This document shows, in pieces, positions 60,796 to 64,000 of a stretch of DNA of 64,000 nucleotides (within the stretch, counting starts at the first letter, position 1; each line of letters begins with the position of its first letter). Source of the stretch: an uncultured Candidatus Peribacteria bacterium (GTDB taxonomy: Bacteria > Patescibacteriota > Gracilibacteria > Peribacterales > Peribacteraceae); NCBI GenBank assembly GCA_964458645.1, contig CAYWJU010000002.1, positions 67,033-131,032 on the forward strand, written 5' to 3'. The translations under genes were made by a program, and so were the position numbers. The notes beneath the pieces were generated by a model. It did no database searches and was not told where the DNA came from. It saw only the letters and a program-made list of their open reading frames with translations.

Positions 60796-62565
60796 ATGTC
60801 CATTCTTGCCACCCCCCTTCGCTTACTCGGTATTGCCTGGCGATTTGTTCGTCGCCATCTTTGGAAGTTTATCCTCGGTGCGGTTGCACTCCTTATTGTG
60901 GGTATCGTCATCTCCGTTTCACAACCCAAGCAGGCCACCTATGTCACCGCCACCGCCGTTCGGGGGGATTTGATGCAGACAGTAGAGGCAGTGGGGACCG
61001 TGGTGTCCGAGAAGGATCTTGAGTTGCAGTTTCCCATTACCGACGTGGTGTATCGCGTCGAAGTGAAAGAGGGTGATCGCGTGAAGGCCGGTCAGCGACT
61101 TGCTTCCCTGCGTTCAGGAACACTCTCGGCCAGTATCGCTTCGGCATCGGCAAACGTGCAGTCTGCCAAGGCTGCCCTGCAAGCACTGACCGAAGGCGCC
61201 CGCCCTGAAGATATTGCCATCGCCGAAGCGTCGGTCGCCAATAAGCGCGCCGCATTAGATGCCGCTCGTCAGACTGCACTGAGCGCCGAAGCGAACCTGA
61301 AGACATCGGAGTTGAAGTTGTCGGTGCTGAAGTCCGAGGCATCCACTGGATTGTCCGGCCAGGTAACGACCGCCAACAGCAGCATCTCGCAGTATTTGGC
61401 ATCGGCAAAAACTGCCCTGAACGCCACTATGGGAGTCTTTAACAGCAATGAAGTGCAGGATGCGCTCGTGAAGAACCCCACCGGTGAGTACGACTCTCTG
61501 CGCACTACTCGTACCAATGCAGAGAACACGCTGAGCGCATTGCAGGGCTCTGCAGTGAACGCGTTGGACTACCAGAGTGCATTGAGGAATTTGGAGTCTG
61601 CGCGGACTGCAGTCGGTTCTGCTGCGGATAACGTGAGTCGTTCGTACGATTTTATTTCGAACCTTGCGCTTACCAGCTACTTTACAAACGCTAGTCGCGA
61701 GACGCATAAAACCAGCATCGCAACACAAAAAACCAGCGTTCAGACGGCGTTTTCCGCACTCGATTCTGCTGCCAAGAGTTTGCGCGATGCGTCTGCAAGT
61801 TACGATACGCGCATCGCCACAGAGCAATCGAGCATCACCAGTCTTCAGGGCACGCTCGACCGTGCCAAGGCCGATATTTCCACGTACCAGACTGCCCTGC
61901 AGATTGAAGAGGCTCAGTTGGCGCTGAAGAAGGCTCCGGCTCGCCAAACCGACGTGGATTCCGCCCAGGCACGCGTACGTCAGGCCCAGGCTGATTTGGC
62001 CCGTGCCGCAGCCCAGTTCAACGATACTATTCTTACTGCTCCCGTGGACGGTATGGTCACGAAAGTGAACGTGAAAGCAGGTGAAATGCGTCCGAGCACG
62101 ACTCCGTCCATCACGCTGCTTGGTAACACGCCGTACCGCATTGAGATGTTCGTTTCGGAAATCGACATTCCCAAAGTGCAGGTCAGCCAGAGTGGCTCCA
62201 TTGAACTCGATGCATTCCGCGGCTTCCCCATTCCCTTGCGCGTGGGTGAAATTGATCCGGGTGCCACCGACCGCGACGGCGTGCCGAAATACCGGGTGAA
62301 ACTCGACTTCGTTGCGCCGAAAGAAGCACTGAAGATCGGCATGACCGGCGATGCCGAAATCATTACCGGCGCCCACAAAGATGTCGTGAGCGTTCCGCTG
62401 CGAGCGGTTTTGGAGCGCGAAGGAAAGAAGATCGTTCGCATTCTGAAGCCCGACGGCAAGACCGTGGAAGAGCGCACGGTCACCACCGGTATCGACGGCA
62501 GCAATGGAGACATAGAGGTCACCGGGGTCGAAGAAGGTGAAACGGTAATCGTTCTCGTGAAATAA
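60796..62565 (+). CDS. Efflux periplasmic adaptor (HlyD/MacA family) with an extended coiled-coil hairpin
   Basis: N-terminal TM helix. Lipoyl-like VVYRVEVKEGDRVKAGQRLASL ... ILTAPVDGMVTKVNVKAGE. A long alpha-helical insert and a beta-barrel C-terminus. Confidence 0.85.
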   Translation: MSILATPLRLLGIAWRFVRRHLWKFILGAVALLIVGIVISVSQPKQATYVTATAVRGDLMQTVEAVGTVVSEKDLELQFPITDVVYRVEVKEGDRVKAGQRLASLRSGTLSASIASASANVQSAKAALQALTEGARPEDIAIAEASVANKRAALDAARQTALSAEANLKTSELKLSVLKSEASTGLSGQVTTANSSISQYLASAKTALNATMGVFNSNEVQDALVKNPTGEYDSLRTTRTNAENTLSALQGSAVNALDYQSALRNLESARTAVGSAADNVSRSYDFISNLALTSYFTNASRETHKTSIATQKTSVQTAFSALDSAAKSLRDASASYDTRIATEQSSITSLQGTLDRAKADISTYQTALQIEEAQLALKKAPARQTDVDSAQARVRQAQADLARAAAQFNDTILTAPVDGMVTKVNVKAGEMRPSTTPSITLLGNTPYRIEMFVSEIDIPKVQVSQSGSIELDAFRGFPIPLRVGEIDPGATDRDGVPKYRVKLDFVAPKEALKIGMTGDAEIITGAHKDVVSVPLRAVLEREGKKIVRILKPDGKTVEERTVTTGIDGSNGDIEVTGVEEGETVIVLVK

Positions 62566-62567
62566 CC

Positions 62568-63302
62568 ATGGAGAAGAACATTCCCCTCATCGAAATTCGC
62601 GGCCTCAGCAAATCGTACTTTAACGAAGGTATCGAGACACCGGTGCTGCATTCATTAGATCTGTCGATCAACAAGGGTGAATTCGTGGCCATCATGGGGC
62701 CGTCCGGCTCCGGTAAGTCCACGCTTATGCAAATTCTGGGGTTCCTGGACCTACAAACCAGTGGCACGTACCTGTTTCAAGGCGAACCGACACAACGCAT
62801 GGACGACGACGATTTGGCCCGCATTCGCGCAACGCGCGTGAGCTTCGTCTTCCAAGCGTTCAATCTCTTGCCGCGTACGACGGTCACGCAGAACGTCATG
62901 CTGCCCCTGTTGTACCATCCTACGATCCCGGCCAAAGAGCGTGCTGCGCGCGCACTGAAGGCGGTGGAAACAGTCGGGCTCGGCGATCGCAAAGATTACA
63001 TGAGCAGCCAGTTGTCCGGCGGACAAAAGCAGCGCGTGGCGATTGCTCGCGCTCTGGTTACCGACCCGGATGTGATTTTTGCCGATGAACCGACCGGTAA
63101 CCTGGATTCCGCCTCTGGAATCGCGGTCATGCAAGCGCTGCAGCAACTGCACAAAGACGGCCATACCATCATTTTGGTCACCCATGAGCGCACCACGGCC
63201 GAAAATGCCGAACGCATCATCAATATTAAAGACGGACACATTGAATCCGATTCGCGCGATTTCAAACGCAAATTTGCCGGCTCCCTGAAGGAGCTGAAGT
63301 AA
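62568..63302 (+). CDS. MacB/LolD-type ABC transporter ATP-binding protein
   Basis: GPSGSGKST, LSGGQKQRVAIARAL, IFADEPTGNLD, ILVTHE. Confidence 0.92.
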   Translation: MEKNIPLIEIRGLSKSYFNEGIETPVLHSLDLSINKGEFVAIMGPSGSGKSTLMQILGFLDLQTSGTYLFQGEPTQRMDDDDLARIRATRVSFVFQAFNLLPRTTVTQNVMLPLLYHPTIPAKERAARALKAVETVGLGDRKDYMSSQLSGGQKQRVAIARALVTDPDVIFADEPTGNLDSASGIAVMQALQQLHKDGHTIILVTHERTTAENAERIINIKDGHIESDSRDFKRKFAGSLKELK

Positions 63303-63306
63303 TCCC

Positions 63307-64000
63307 ATGCGCATTTCCGACACATTCCGGACGGCCATGAAAGCGGTGGGCGTGAATCGTTCACGCGCCGCGCTGACCATGCTCGGAATCATTATTGGCG
63401 TTGGATCGGTTGTGCTGATGAGTTCCATCGGCGCCAGCATGGAGCGCGTCATTCTGAGTCAAATCAGCAGCCTGGGTTCAAGAAGCATGGTGATTTTCCC
63501 GGGCAGCACCGACGGCGGCCCGAACCCGCTTGCGACCGGCTATGACAGCCTGACTTTCGATGACGTGGATGCGCTGCAAAGGCTGAATACGATTGAAACG
63601 TTAGCTCCCATCATCTTCATTCCGGGTACCGTGTCGTACGGGACGCAAGAGGCAAGTCCGCGTGTGCTCGGCGCAGTCCCGCACTTTTTCGACAATCAGA
63701 ATATTTATCTGCGAACGGGCCGCCTGATGGAAGACGCGGACAACGAAGGCGCAAAATACGTTGCAGTACTTGGTTCGGATGCCAGTGAAAAACTGTTCGG
63801 TCAGAACGATCCGCTCGGCAAGCGCATTAAAATCGGAGAGGCACATTACACGGTGATCGGCACGGTGAAGCCGATCGGTTCGCAGTTTTTCCAAAACGTC
63901 GATGACCGTATTTACGTTCCGTACAAAACCGCCCGCCAAGTCACTGGGCAAAAACACGTCAATTACATCACCATGCGTTCAACCGTAAATTCGGAGGTGG
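63307..64000 (+). CDS. MacB/FtsX-type ABC transporter permease (3-prime end outside the window)
   Basis: Own translation: MRISDTFRTAMKAVGVNRSRAALTMLGIIIGVGSVVLMSSIG..., typical of the MacB_PCD N-terminus. Absent from the ORF track because it is truncated. Confidence 0.85.
   Translation, partial: MRISDTFRTAMKAVGVNRSRAALTMLGIIIGVGSVVLMSSIGASMERVILSQISSLGSRSMVIFPGSTDGGPNPLATGYDSLTFDDVDALQRLNTIETLAPIIFIPGTVSYGTQEASPRVLGAVPHFFDNQNIYLRTGRLMEDADNEGAKYVAVLGSDASEKLFGQNDPLGKRIKIGEAHYTVIGTVKPIGSQFFQNVDDRIYVPYKTARQVTGQKHVNYITMRSTVNSEV

Overview
This is a gene-dense 64-kb chromosomal segment with about 58 protein-coding genes and roughly mid-50s %GC, judged by eye. I could not support any rRNA, tRNA, CRISPR array, transposase or integrase.

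The backbone is housekeeping: tsf-rpsB, glyQS, rpsU, carB, der, leuS, dnaG-rpoD, a UvrD-like helicase-nuclease, ftsK, mltG, ctp, maf, rdgB, ybaB, a MutY-like glycosylase and MarR plus MacAB-type efflux. About 14 ORFans are interleaved with these genes, and Shine-Dalgarno signals are almost absent. This fits an uncultivated small-genome lineage such as CPR/Patescibacteria, but that assignment is inference only, with no database search possible.

Main observations:
1. Arrays of 9-bp-phased GGANTCC units (clustered GANTC sites) occur at 7 or more loci. Most are intergenic, two are fused to -10 boxes, and one sits in frame inside the MutY-like CDS.
2. A structured element of about 120-130 nt is present twice in inverted orientation, inside the two longest non-coding gaps.
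3. A giant FG-GAP/SLH-like envelope protein lies next to a VirD4/TraD-like ATPase. A second ATPase paralog lies next to two cell-wall lytic enzymes.
4. Promoters of leaderless type are pervasive, with a -10 box 6-9 nt upstream of the ATG at 18 or more genes.
5. RpoD carries a C-terminal C4 zinc ribbon.
6. Two islands with very high GC3 look horizontally acquired.
7. The MutY-like glycosylase lacks two of the four Fe-S cysteines.

All functional calls rest on motifs I recognise in the translations. Start codons were refined using promoter and ATG geometry.
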